Positions 38,800 through 54,410 of a DNA stretch of 64,000 bases are shown here, one piece after another; the stretch's first letter is position 1; each line of letters starts with the position of its first letter. Source of the DNA: Octopus sinensis (taxonomy: Eukaryota); contig NC_042997.1 of NCBI RefSeq assembly GCF_006345805.1, forward strand, positions 82,894,001 through 82,958,000. The letters run 5' to 3'. Below the pieces are notes generated by a model. That model was not told the DNA's origin. It saw nothing but the letters and a program-made list of their open reading frames with translations, and did not search any database. Both the position numbers and the translations under genes were made by a program.

Positions 38800-39020
38800 A
38801 ATGTTGCTGTGGTGATCGCGTTCTTCGGGTCTTTTAACAATCAAACACTCTCGCCTCTCCCCAGCTTGTATCCAGATTACCATATACCCGGTCGTATTAA
38901 CTAATCAGGGGCTTACACACCCTGGTTAGTGGTCCGAAGATCTTTTCTGCTCACCAAGCATTGTCAAACACAGTTGATAATGGCAGATGATATCTGGATA
39001 TACTGGCCTGTATGTTAGCG

Positions 39021-39074
<54 letters not shown>

Positions 39075-40450
39075 CACACACACACACAATTATATCCAGG
39101 ATCTTGGTGTAGGAAATCTTCGAGCAGTCCGTAGGAGGCATAAAAGCAACTTTCAAGTTGTAAATTTTTCTCATATCGAAGTTCGATAAGCTGAAAAAAG
39201 TGATTTTGTGGTTCACTGTTAGCAATTGGAATTGCTGTGTATGAGAACAAAAATTCAAATTTAGGGAATGGAGCAGGTAAAATCCAGACTTCATATGTTT
39301 CCTAGCTAGCAGAACCTTGGCAGTAGTAACTACACAACGAGGAGATACCTTAGTGAAATGAAAGTTACGTTGTTGTCAAGGGATCCTATGTTAACCCGCA
39401 GGAGATTTGATCGAAAACTTTCTTGCGAGTTAACATGGGATCACTTGACGCCGAATCACACTCCCTTCCACATATATAGGACTGACAGTGCTACACACCA
39501 TACTAATCATATCTGCCGGGATATGATTAGTACGGTGTGTAGCACCACCACGAGCGGCCTGGTAGTCAATCATCGGTCTAGCTTTATGACTACGAAGATG
39601 ACTCATGAGCCCAGCTTTACAGAAGCAGGGTCTTATACAGACACTGTATGTCATCGTCATAGGAAGACCCTTACCGTCTGGAAGTGCAACAGTGGTGCCC
39701 TTCCTGACATCCCTCCTTACTTTCTCATGCGCAACTCGAGATTTCTCAAAGTAGCTGTCCCCTCATGCACAATCCTTCTCCACCTGCTACGGTCAATAGC
39801 TATGCTCTCCCACGTGTCAGGAGAGATGCTAGCATCTTTCAAGGAAGCCTTCGGCAAGTCTTTATACCTGTTTTTTGGTTTATGTGGAAGTCGTTCTCCT
39901 TTAGCTAATTCTCCATAAAAGAGTTGTTTTGGCATCCTTGAATCTTTCATCCTGACCAGATGACCACTCCATCTGAGCCTTTGCTTCAACACGAGAGCTT
40001 CTATACTTTCACATCGGGAGCCTTCTAATATCTCAAGATCACTGATCCGGTCCTCCCAATTAATGCCATAGATCCGCCTGAGACATATCTGATAAAAATG
40101 TTCAAGCTGTTTAAGGTGGTATCGATATGTGACCCAGGTCTCGCAGGCATAAAGGAAAGAAGAGAGCACACACGCCTTGTACACCTTTATCTTTGTCTTC
40201 TTGCACATGTCTCGCCGACTCTAGAGGCGCCTCTCTAGGCTTCTCAAAGCATCACTTGCTTTCCTAATTATGTATGAAATTTCACTATCCAAATTGCTAT
40301 ATCTATTAACAGTGCTTCCCAGGTAGACAAACTGATCAACTACATCAGGTCGTTTACTATACACATAGATATTTGGTACACTATACTGCTTACCAGGGGC
40401 AGGTTGGTACATGACAACAGTTTTCTTGAGACTGGCTGTCAATCCTCTCT
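38800..40450 (-). mobile_element. RTE-clade (BovB-like) LINE 3' portion, plus a possible displaced RT piece at 38800-38980
   Basis: KTVVMYQPAPG...FVYLGS; TKIKVYKACVLSSFLYACETW; LRWSGHLVRMKDSRMPKQLFYGEL; DRSRWR; terminal C/H motif VCIRPCFCKAGLMSHLRSH. Confidence 0.85.
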
Positions 40451-41094
40451 CTCTATATATATATAGGGAGAGGGCGAGAGAGAGAGAGAGAGCGGGATAG
40501 AGATATACAGAGACATGCATACACGTCTAGTAGAGTAATACACTTTCTGTTTATCAAATTTCTCTCGCAAGACATTCCTCCAACAGCGCCTATAGTAGAA
40601 GACCCAGTTGCCCAAGGTTACTTTGTTGTAGTGGGATCCAATATGGAACTCCGTAACATTGAAATCATTGAAATGAACATCTCAACTACACAGCCATAAC
40701 TGTATCCATATTATTGTTTGGGTCTTTGTTGTGTTTTGTTTGAATTTCTAATAAAGGGAAGTTGCCAAGAGAGCACCTCAATTAAGTGAGTTGCAAGGGG
40801 TCGGACAGCCTAGCATTCATCTTCAAGAGGATTTTAAGAAACTGACGGAAAAAAATTACTCTTTCGTGTGGTCGGTTACCCGGGTTCCATGGCTTATAAG
40901 TGATCGAGATCATAATAATTTCCCTGACCGGGATGTCGGTTAATCGCAGGGTTACTTGTTTAAAGTTGACTGGAATGGTGCAACGTGAAATTAAGTATTT
41001 TGCCCAAGAACACAACGTATAGCTCAGTCCGGGAAAAGTGACCGGAGAAAAACTGAGAACAGTACTCAGAATGTACGTTGTATAGAAAAATACC

Positions 41095-41264
41095 CCTGTG
41101 TGGTGAGAAGCTTGCTTCCCAACCATATAGTTCCGGGTTCAGTCCTACTGCGTGGTACCTTGGGTAATTGTCCTCTACTATACCCTCGGGCCGACCAAAG
41201 CCTTGTGAATGGATTTGGTAGACGGAAACAACTGAAAGATGATCGTCGTATATATATGTGTGTG

Positions 41265-41321
<57 letters not shown>

Positions 41322-41455
41322 GTGTATATGTTTGTGTCTGTGTTTGTACTCCATCGCCGCTTGACAACCTGTATTGGTATCTTTACCTCTTCGTAATATA
41401 GCGGTTCGGCAAAAGAGATCAATAGAATAAGTAGCAGGCTTAAGAAAAAAAAAAG
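41095..41455 (+). mobile_element. SINE family A
   Basis: Same head, body and tail as 3720-4192 with an internal (TG)n tract. Confidence 0.85.
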
Positions 41456-41559
41456 GTACTGGAAACATGTAAACAATAAAAGATAAAAACCCGACTAACT
41501 ATTATTGTTTTTCCTTGTTTTACTAATGTCTAACGTTTGCTGCTCACTTATCTAAGACG

Positions 41560-41825
41560 TTACCTGCAAAGGCCAATCAGCTGATTTGTAAAGATCTACT
41601 CCCCAACATTCTATAACCTTTATCGCAACAACAACAACTTCTGTTCATCTGAACTAGTTATCTGCACACCTCTTTCCCGCAGATCACTTGATATACATAT
41701 CAGCCGTTTCCCTGTAGCCTTTATGGCATGTTTTTCTCCCCCATCCTGTGTCAAATTCCTCTCAAGAATTCCCTGTCTGCCCATCGTTTTTCTGCAGACA
41801 TTGACCTACAAATCTTGAAATAGAG
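41560..41825 (+). mobile_element. CR1/L2-group LINE 3' fragment
   Basis: CSSELVI and KNSL remnants in the same order as the 3' end of the 21990-25720 element. Confidence 0.45.
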
Positions 41826-41924
41826 CATCAATTGCTTGAGTCTCAGAAGTTTGAAGAAGAGTACAAATGTCATTGTTCACCGCCCTTTCTCGCTTCCTCT
41901 TTTTAACTAATACAAAAGAATGGT

Positions 41925-42320
41925 TTCAAATTTTGGCACAAGGCCAGAAACTTAAAACGAGATGGGTAAGTCGATTACACAGACACTAGTGCTCAATTAG
42001 TACATTTTTCAACTCTGAAAGTTTGAAAAGCAAAGTCGATCTCGATGGAATTTGAACTCAGAACATTAAGACGGGAGAAACACCGCTAAGCATGGTAACA
42101 AATATGTCAGTTCACCGCTCTTACTAACACAAAATAATCCTTTCTACTATAGGCACAATGCCTAAAATATTGTGGGAGGGCTGCTAGTCGATTACATTGA
42201 CCGCAGTTCTTGACTGGTACTTATTTTATCGAACCCTAAAGGATGAAAGACAAAGTCGACCTCGGCAGCATTTGAACTCAAAACGTAAAGATAGACAAAA
42301 TATCGCTAAGTATTTTACCA
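41925..42320 (-). mobile_element. Two tandem SINE family C copies
   Basis: aaagtcgatctcgatggaatttgaactcagaac and aaagtcgacctcggcagcatttgaactc cores on the minus strand. Confidence 0.8.
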
Positions 42321-43008
42321 GCTCATTGCCCTAACTAACAGAACGCATCTAACAAGTAGTAAGATTAAAACACCAAGGGTATGAACAAATTATATATTAA
42401 TGTTTAAGATGTTTTAACATATATCAGACAATACATATCACTTCCATACATGCACTCATACATAGAGATTACACACACACACACAAAATTGATATAAGCA
42501 AATGAGGAATAGAGTACTCAAAACATGCGATAAGATGAATGATTTATTTAAACTGAATATTTATCTCACGACTCGAGTTTCCGGCCAAAGATCTCAACGG
42601 CATGGATCTCGAGATAAATATTCAGTTAAAACCACACACACACACACACACACACACAACACACACACACACACACAGACACACACACACACGCACACAC
42701 ACTCACGCACACGCGCACACACATGTACACACATACATTCATTCAAACATACACATGTGTAATTCTATTTTACACATTTAATGCAAAAGAAAGTCCTCTT
42801 CCGCGAGTTTGGATCTCCTCTGAAACGAAATGAGAATTAGCGAAAGAGAATTTATTTTTACAGTACAAAATGTATCAATAAAACTGTTTGCTTTATAGTT
42901 ATATATAACTTCGAAGAAAATCCTCTTTAAATTTCTAGTCCCCTTGATCTATGTTCATAGAATATTTATATGCATGCATGCTTACATACATACATACATA
43001 TACATACA

Positions 43009-43040
<32 letters not shown>

Positions 43041-43344
43041 CATACATGTACATACTTACGCATACACACACACACACACACACAACACACACACACACAG
43101 AGACTCTTTCAAGGCATAAATCCAAATGTTCCGAAATATCAATATCTGTATAGTACAGAGTGGACATGGTGTGAAATGTGGTGTAGTTACATACCTAATA
43201 TCGAAATACATGCACAAGTCATGTATATGTAGAAGAAAGATGTGGTAGTAAATCCATCTCCAAGTATGTAAGGGAACATATATTTATTATATATATATCT
43301 CTCTCTCTCTATGTCTATCTGTCTGTCTGTCCGTCCGTCCGTCC

Positions 43345-43451
<107 letters not shown>

Positions 43452-44245
43452 ATGCACATACACACATATATAGACTCTGTATGCGTGTCTGTAATACATC
43501 ATCTGCAAAATATCAGATTTTTTGTTGCTGGCATGTCAGTTTTGGAAAATACTTGATATTATTTCTCCTTTCTTATTTGGAACTGGTCCCAGTTGCCACT
43601 AGGAAATTGTTCTACCTTCTGTAGAAGCAATGATTGAGAATGGCTGTATCTAAATGCCCAAGATATTTTGATGAGCGCGCTAGCTATTCTAATCATTCAC
43701 AGTCCTTACACATTCTTTCACTATTTATTAGTTTCATGATAATAGCTACTGACTTAGACACAAGGCCATTAATTTTTGAAAGGATAGGGTTAGTCGATGT
43801 CATCGACTTCAGTTCTTCATAATACTTTAGTTTATCGACTGCGAAAGGTTAAAAGCCAAACTGACTTTATCTGATTTTGAACTCAGAACGTAAAGAGCCA
43901 GAATACATACCACAAAGCATTTTCTCGGTCTGCAACGATGTCACCAGTTTGCTGCCGTAATTAGCTTAATAACAATAATGGTTTCTTACTTAGGCACTAG
44001 GCCACACATTTGAGGGCTGGGTAATATACATATTAATATATATTGAGTACATTGATTTAATAGGTCAGTTAATAAAATATTGTTATTAAAAGAGTAGCTG
44101 CTGAACTTTTGTAACTGTCGACAGTGATGGAGTAAAACCAATGGTAGGTCTTTTCTGTTGCTCTCGCGGATTTTGAAATTTGAAAATTATGTGAAAATTT
44201 TAAAATTTGGTATATTGATGCAATTTCTGTCGCTGAATCTGATTT

Positions 44246-45058
44246 GGGAATCTTTTCTGTTGCTGTCAATTTTCTATTTAAAAAAAAATGTTGTCCCAAT
44301 TGTTTTTATATTTCGTGTACTGATATAGTTTCGTATGTTAATTATAGACATGAAATTCATTTTTGCTGTAAATTAATAAATAAAAAGTGAACAGCTTTTA
44401 ACGTTTTCAAGTTTTGAGTAATTTTAGGCAATCGAAAGTCACAGACATATTGGTACCTATTTCCATAGTAACAAGCCAAGCCTTTGTCTGCTTAAAACTA
44501 CTGCAACTACGTGTATTTTCTTGACCTATTTTCTTTCACGAGTGCTTATTTTCTGATCGTTTGTACAACCTCATTTTTGTTATTTTCACTTTTTTGTTTT
44601 CGAGTAACGGATATTTTCAGTTGCTGTGCTGTCACTACCTTATTTTCATAATTTTGGACTATTGTGTGCTTTCCTGGACCTTTTCAACCTAAACAGAAGT
44701 ATGATCACAGCCAATTCGTTTAACCTTTCGAGCATGATGGAGAAATTGAAAACCAAGGAAAATATACGTGACTCAAAAAAGAAAATAGATATGTCAAGAA
44801 AATACACGTTGTAGTGGTTTGAGCAGAATACAGTTTCACCCACTACTATAGAAACAGGCACCAATGTGTCTATGGCTTTCGATTGGCTAGAATTAGCCAA
44901 AATTTGAAAACTCTAAAAGCTGTTAACTTTATTAATTCATGGCAAAAACGAATTTCATTTTCGTAATTCGCATACGAAACTACATCAGCTCATCAAACTT
45001 GAAAACGATTGGAACAAAAAAAAAAAGGAAAACCGTGACAGCAACAGTAAAGATCCCC
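44246..45058. mobile_element. Foldback/MITE-like element with about 310-bp diverged terminal inverted repeats
   Basis: Left arm 44246-44553 aligns by eye with the reverse complement of 44758-45058; ends gggaatc...gatcccc; about 200-bp non-coding spacer. Confidence 0.8.
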
Positions 45059-46945
45059 CGGTGGTTCATAGGCAGTTAGTTGAGTGGCGAGGTGCGACCC
45101 ACAGACGTGGTGTTGCAAATATGCCATGTCTCAGCTTTAATGAGAAACCATAGAGCACCCTGCGACAGGCAGTGATGAGTTGTGTAGGTTACTATGTAAT
45201 TTTTAGGAAAAATCAGGAAAAAAATTCTCTGAAATAATCTTTGAAAATACATGATGAGTATATTTGCGTTCAAATTCAAGATGAACAAGAAATTAATGAC
45301 AAGTTAAAACTAACTTTGAAGAAATTTTGCTAATTTTTTTATGAGAAAGGAACATTACTTACTGAAACGTTCACGATAAAAGTCGGTTAATTAGCCAAAT
45401 TAGGAAAACCCAATAAAAATGATAGGTAAATATGGGAAGAGTTTACGAAATAATTAAATGGCTTGCTTGTGCTTGTAGAAGATAATCCTGCTTTCTGGGC
45501 ATGCTTACATGCTTTTGAATTATAAATAAGTGTATACATACATACATACATACATACATACATACATACATACATACATACATACATACATACATACATA
45601 CATACATACATACAGAAGAGTGGGGATGGTGACTTTAAAATTTCGACCGGCTAACCTTCATCGGACTATTCGATTTAATATCTTAGCTATTTCACCTCTC
45701 TCATAATCATGAATATCTATTGATAATGTTACTTATTTGTAGTAGGAGTAAATAAAGCTCAAACTTCACTTCTCTCCTCCTTCTTGTGTACATCACTAGT
45801 ACTAATTTTAACGATTCCAAAACGGATGAAAAGACTGAATTGGAAACAATGAAATATGCACTTAGTAATCCCATTTTTACTTTCTATATTTTCTATTTTT
45901 TATATCATCCTTTACTTTCTTATGTAGAAATTAAGTATTTGTTTGGGCAAGGATGTAGAAATTTGTTGCTAGATACCTTTCTCAATAACTATCACCACGA
46001 TAGCTTCGTATAGTGGTATACGATTTTGCAATAACTGTAAAAGAAAACAGCGAGCAAGATTTCTAATTGGCACTTGAAATAATGGCTTCATATCTTGATA
46101 TTTTTCGACAATGCCTGGGGCTAATTGATTATGATAGCTGGAAGTAAGAAGTTGCTTTTCTTTGGATACTAGAAAATACAATTGAAATTGCATCACCGGA
46201 AGCTTACAATTTGTTCTACAATACGTCTTACGACAGCTTCAAATATTTGTGGACGGCAAATATAATCAGTTGAATGTTTTTCAGGATATGACTTCTACAT
46301 AATATATTAACCCTATTGAAGGCAGGTAGAAGGCAAAGTATAATCGACAGAATCTGGGTTCAATTGTGAAATTACCCAAGTAAACATCTTCTATGCAGTG
46401 TGATTTGAGATTGTATAAGATGATATATTCGAATTTCGGAAGATACTTCAAATTTCAAAATACATTGGAAAAACAAATATTAGACCTGTCACTTTATTTC
46501 TAAAATCTTACGTTTGCATTTTTCTCTTCTATTTTCATTTTATGAAGGAAGATTTCTTTAATCAGAAATAGAAATAATATAATAGAACTTGAAAGAAGGC
46601 TTGGTAACGCAAGTGATTTAAAATGAATAGTGAAGTAATTGCTAACATAGCTTATGTAGAGACTATGATAATCGAGGAGAGGTAAACATTGCTGAACAAT
46701 GATTAATAAACTAAACAAAAGCAAGGCCGACAGCCGAAAATGGCTGTTTTTCTTCGAGAACAACTGGAAGCACTTATATTTTAGTTAATTAAAATTGGAA
46801 ATAAACAGTGCCGTAAAGGGGTAGGGAATAATCTGATTTTAGTTAGACTTACATTAGCGAATTATGTTTTAAACTCAGAAATATATCGGCTTTTGCCAGA
46901 AATTTCTAAACATATATACTAGTGTTTGATTTAATAAATATTCCT

Positions 46946-47297
46946 AGGCGTAGGAGTGGCTGTGTGGTAAGCAGCTTGCTTACCAACCAAATGGTTCCGG
47001 GTTCAGTCCCACTGTGTTGCACTTTGGGCAAGTGTCTTCTACTATAGCCTCGGGCCAACCAAAGCCTTGTGAGTGGATTTGGTAAACGGAAACTGAAAGA
47101 AGCCCGTCGTATATATATAAATATATACATGAATGTGTGTGTATGTGTTTGTGTGTTTGTGTTTTTCCTCCAACATCGCTTGACAACCGATGATGGTGTT
47201 TTTACGTCCCCGTAACTTAGCGGTTCGGCAAAAGGGACTGATAGAATAAGTACTAGGCTTACAAAGAATAAGTCCTGGGGTCGATTTGCTCGACTAA
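46946..47297 (+). mobile_element. SINE family A, near consensus
   Basis: aggcgtaggagtggctgtgtggtaagcagcttgcttacc head through ggggtcgatttgctcgactaaa. Confidence 0.9.
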
Positions 47298-47639
47298 ATG
47301 TAAAATGGAAAGTGTTTATGGATTTATAGTTTGTGGGGATCACTTACATTACTATTGTTTGGTTTCCTTCATAGGCAATCTAATTAGGTTTTGATAGATA
47401 ATGCTTAGATATTTGTGTCTAGTTTTGTGAGGTTCTGTGGCATGCATATATATATATATATATGTCTGGACAGGTGAATGGTGTATTCTACGTGAGTTGT
47501 CGAAATAATCGCATAGCAATGTTAAATGAAGTGTATTTTGTTCAAGAACATAACGTACCACCCGGTTCAAGAATTGAAACTTACGATCGTCAGTGCAACA
47601 CTGTAACCAATAGGCGCAATGGGTTTGTAACGGGCAGAT

Positions 47640-49385
<1,746 letters not shown>

Positions 49386-49494
49386 ATGATTATATATATA
49401 TATATATATATATTTATGAATTGGTTTTGCAAGATTCCTGGTGTCAAAACGTGTGTTGAAATAGATATCGTTATATTTCGCGATGGTAATATGA

Positions 49495-49763
49495 TTTTTG
49501 TCAAATAAACACACTCACTATATATTCGTTCCTCACTCGTTTATTATTGCTCTTATTTTATCTTATGTCCATTGTCTGGAAATCTTTCTTCACACATCTG
49601 TGACCTCTTCAGAACAGGAGGTAGAGAGGACAGGAGGAAGCACGTAGCTCGAAGAAGTCACATATATATGACGAAAGATTTCCAGACAATGGAAAGATAA
49701 AATAAGAAAAATAATAAACGAGTAAAGAACGAATACATAAGACATGTGTTTATTTGGCAAAAA
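49495..49763. repeat. About 115-bp inverted repeat upstream of the PLE, each arm carrying a decayed HHR-like motif
   Basis: Arms 49495-49612 and 49648-49763. Confidence 0.8.
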
Positions 49764-49796
49764 AAAAAAAATTATGACCATCCCGAAAAATAACAA

Positions 49797-49897
<101 letters not shown>

Positions 49898-49929
49898 CCC
49901 CCCTCTCTCTCTCTATATATATATATATA

Positions 49930-50100
49930 AGCGCAAGCATGGCTGTGTGGTAAGAAGATTGCTTCCCAACTACATGGTTCCCGGTTCAGTTCTGTTGCGT
50001 GGATCGTTGGGCAAGTGTCTTCTGCTCTAGCCCCGGGCCGACCAAAGCCTTGTGAGTGGATTTAGTAGGCGGTGACTGAAAGCAGCCCGTCTTATATATA

Positions 50101-50138
<38 letters not shown>

Positions 50139-50375
50139 TATATATATGTATGTATATGTTTTATGTGTCTTTGTGTCAGTGTTTGTCCCCATGTCCGTTT
50201 GACAACTGGTGTTGGTCTGTTTATGCCCCCTTAACTTAGCGGTTCAGCAGAAGTAACCAATAAAACAAGTACTAGGCTTAAAAAAAACAAGTCCTAGAGT
50301 CGATTTGTTCGACTAAAACAAAACCCTTGAAGGTGGTGCTCCCGCATGGCCGTACTGAAAAAAAATGAAGCAAAT
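49930..50375 (+). mobile_element. SINE family A
   Basis: gcgcaagcatggctgtgtggtaag head, internal TA tract, family A tail. Confidence 0.85.
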
Positions 50376-51235
50376 AAAAGAACAAAAGAATATATATGTG
50401 TGGGTATGTGTATGTGTGTGTGTGTTTGTTTTTAGCTCGAGTTGTAATAAAAACAGTTTTACATTAAATTGAAGGATTACTCATTACTTTTTGTATTCAC
50501 ATGCATGAACCATGTGCATGCACAAACATGCACATTCATGCGCGTGCACGCATGCACACACACACACATCATGCATGCACACAAGCGACTGTTGGTTCAC
50601 TCCAACGGTACTCAAGTTTCCAGCTCGATCCCCTCCTTAGGTCACGGCAAACATAAACGGCAGAGTAAATACGATGCGTTGCACATTATTCCACGCGTCT
50701 CATCGGATCAGGTTGTATTGCTGCAGATTACATTTGCTTAATAACGGTATGGTTGGTTACATGGAAGCAAAATCTATAGAATTGCATAGCAGGAAATAAC
50801 TTTTATAACTTATCAGCTTTCATTACAAGTTTGCCCAAAACATTTGAGTAATATAACTTATGCATAGTGTACTTAAAATAAATTCAAATATAAGATATTA
50901 TCGAAGGTGGCATGTCTAAATTTTTGAAATTGTATTGAGCTAAACCATTTGAGACACACTGACATGATAAAAAAAAATGAATGGCATTATACCTAGAATG
51001 AGAAAATTTCTCTTGCATATAGTTACCAGATGAGCAAAAGATATTCTGTAATACAAAGTTACCACAAAATCTTCAATAGAAATAATATACAAAATATTCA
51101 AAATATTGTCGTCATGACATAGGCTCCACAATCTATTATAACAAAACTTCAGAAATCATTCGCCATCCCAGAAGTCTGCATGCAACTTCAGCAATGCACA
51201 CTGTGAAAAATGAGTAGCAACAGATAGTATCGAAA

Positions 51236-51390
<155 letters not shown>

Positions 51391-52149
51391 GATATATATA
51401 GAGAGAGGGTTAGCAAACAACACCTTCAAAATCCGATGTACATAGTACATACAATCCTTCAAATTTAAAGATAGAATCATCTCCACATTAGTGTTTCAAT
51501 ATATCTGAAAGCTTAAAGACAAGAACCATCAATGAATCAATGAAATGGAGCGCTGTGGAAAAAAGTTAAGTTAAACAGGAACAACTCATGTATAGCAAAG
51601 AAATAGAATGTGTAACATTAGGCAACGTTTTAAACGGAAATTATGAAACATTTACATGCCCACGCTGAAAACCATTTTGTGTTACTTCATATATGAGCAT
51701 TTTTCTGTTGGATCCATTTGAAGTACTCTCAGATCTCTGATGAAACCTAGTAGGTTACAAAATTTATTATTACGTAAGCTAAGTTACCGCCCGGTAACTA
51801 CACATTTATATACCAAGCGTAATTTACACCGGTAACACATGATTCTGTGTGATCAACGGAGATAATGTATAACCCAAAGTGTATGGGTCACCATTTATAT
51901 TTAACCTCACTCGAAGGAGTGAATGGTGCCGGAAACATTAAATAAGGACAGAGTGAATAGTCAGCTTTGTATAAATAAATAAATAAATAAATTTTACTGC
52001 ATGAACTGAATTCTCTTATTTACGTTTAGGAAAAATTAAAAGAATTTTGTGCGCACGCGCGTATACGATTGTGTGTGCATATATATAGTATGTATGTTTG
52101 TGGGTTTGCGCGCGAATCGAAGCCATACACTCGAGCATGCTTTTTCATA

Positions 52150-53120
52150 GCCAAGGCCCATGACCATATCCTCCACTAGCTCAGCTGCAACAACAGTATG
52201 GCAGCATACAAATAATAAATACTTTTTTACATTAACTAGAGAAAATTACAGGATTTTACGCAGAGTGTACTATTTTACACAGACTGCCTGAAAGTTCACT
52301 CGCTTCCTAATTTCCAGACATTCCATTTGGTGTCTTTCTAAGAGGGTCTCTACGAAAGTTTCAGAATCATTCCAATTGCTATTTCTTAACTAAGAGAACT
52401 CAGTACCAAAATTCCAGTAGAAAGGCCTCTACATTATGTTGATCGTTTGGTTAGCCATCAAACCCTGCACCCAATTAAAGTCCCCTTCTCTAGTCTTCTT
52501 TTCTTACCTTCACGTAAGCATATTTGCTAAGTGCAACCTCATCTCTCGTTCTAGCCTAACAAGAAACAGACAAAATCATTCCCATTACCTTCAGTCACTT
52601 CACTCAAGTGTTAACTCTGATCCTTACGAACTCTTCAATATTTCTCACTGTACAGGAATCTATCACAGTGTTTGGAAACACTCTACTGTGTGTACTATCC
52701 CCAGATACTGACATATTTTTACTAATTTCCTCAATCGCGAGGGAAATGAAAACATAAATTAGCAACGGCTGCCCCGGTGACCACCATTATAATTTCCAGA
52801 TCTTTTATACATCATTCATACGTGAGAATGAGATAGAAAAGTAGTGTTGTTCCACTTAAAAGAAGGAATAATTTATCAATATTTCATTCGCCAAATCTTT
52901 CAGATGCTATCTTTCATCTGTCTCTGCCTCTTCTAAGTAACTGTAGGTAACTCTACTCACCCGAAGCTATGCTGTCTCTCACTTTCCAAGTCCCTCACAG
53001 AAACACTTTGCCCTACGCTTCTGCAACAACTCTATGGAAATCTTTACTTCTATGCCTTTTTTACAGACATCGACAAAAAGATGTTCAAAGCTCGACACTA
53101 ACCACTTCCATCTTATCAAT
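52150..53120 (+). mobile_element. CR1/L2-group LINE fragments
   Basis: SVNSDPYELF...SVWKHSTVCTIP (pre-RT region, to about 52710) and a 3'-end remnant TTLWKSL/FK at about 52930-53120. Confidence 0.5.
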
Positions 53121-53293
53121 ATAGTGAACCTGCAAAGGTTACGGACACTACCTTTCTTTATTTTTACCAACCCATCAAAAATCCTGACAGGCACGCGTAG
53201 TGATCCAATAAATATAATTTATTTATGCATGCCTTCGTGTAAGCGCATGTCGACGCGCCTCTGTGTATGTATGTATGTGTATGCATGTGCGCG

Positions 53294-53358
<65 letters not shown>

Positions 53359-53956
53359 GTGTGTGTACGTGCGTGCATGCGCGCGTGTGTGTGTCTGTGT
53401 GTGTGTGAGTGTGTGTGTGTGTGTATATGTGTGTATGTATGTGTGTGTGTATATATGTCTGTGTGTGTGTGTATGGCTGTTTTTATAAGATGAAATAAAA
53501 TTAGTATATTTTCTTCTGATTTGTGACATTATTATGCCTTTCTACTTATAGGATCAACAAATAGAACTGTTAATCAAAGCCAAGATGAAATGTAACGAAT
53601 TAATGCAGAAGCATGAGTATCCAACTTCGGGTAGGATATATTTCACATTTGTATAAATTTGATTTCTGTATTTTACTGTTTTCTGTTCGGTTGTTAAGGC
53701 ACGGGACACAATGCCTTGCCGTATTAAGTTTCGTGTCAGCAACGAGTTTAAATCACACCAGTATTGAGTTTGTCTTTCATGTTTTTATTTTTTTTTCTGA
53801 ATCAAGTAAAAACATTAAAATCAATCCAGTCAGCTATAACCTTTCCCTTTGTAGGGGTATTCCTAACACAGAATACAAAACCATAAGTTTGTTGTAGATA
53901 TTTAAAGTGTAGTGAATTCAAATGAACTCAGTACACACGCTCACACACACACACAC

Positions 53957-53995
<39 letters not shown>

Positions 53996-54002
53996 GACTT
54001 GG

Positions 54003-54410
54003 TTTTTCAAATTCTGGCACACAGGGTTAGCTGTTTTTAATGGGAGTAGGCTAATCGATTACATCGACCCCAGTACTTGACTGATACGTATGTTATCGAT
54101 CCCTAAAGAATGAAAGACAAAGTTAGCTTCGACAGAATTTGAACTCTGACCATAAAGACGGATGAAATACCACTAAACATTTTGTCTGACATGCTTAATG
54201 GTTCTGCCATTTCACTGCCTTAAAATACATATTTACATAGTCCTTTCTACTAAAGGCACAAGCCCTGTATTTTGTGGGAGGGGCTAGTCGATTACATTGA
54301 CTCCAGTACTCGAAAGGATGAAAGGCAAAGCCGGCGTCGATGGAATTTGAACTCAAAACGTAAAGACAGACGAAATGCCGCTAAGAATTTTCTCCGGTGT
54401 GATTAACGGT
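54003..54410 (-). mobile_element. Two SINE family C copies
   Basis: Minus-strand gaatttgaactc cores at about 54135 and 54345. Confidence 0.75.

Noticed and set aside
39358-39918. 186-aa plus-strand ORF
   Set aside because: Antisense shadow of the RTE LINE ORF.
45628-45668. Minus-strand CCGATGA...GAAA-TTTTAAAG-TC
   Set aside because: U4 is mutated, helix II is incomplete and helix I is only 2 bp.
45700-46300. ORF pieces vaguely like a hAT insertion domain (ALSNPIFTFYIFYFL)
   Set aside because: No catalytic motif was found to anchor the call.
51731-51760. CTGATGA-AACC-TAGTA-GGTT
   Set aside because: No GAAA or helix III follows; at most a truncated relic.
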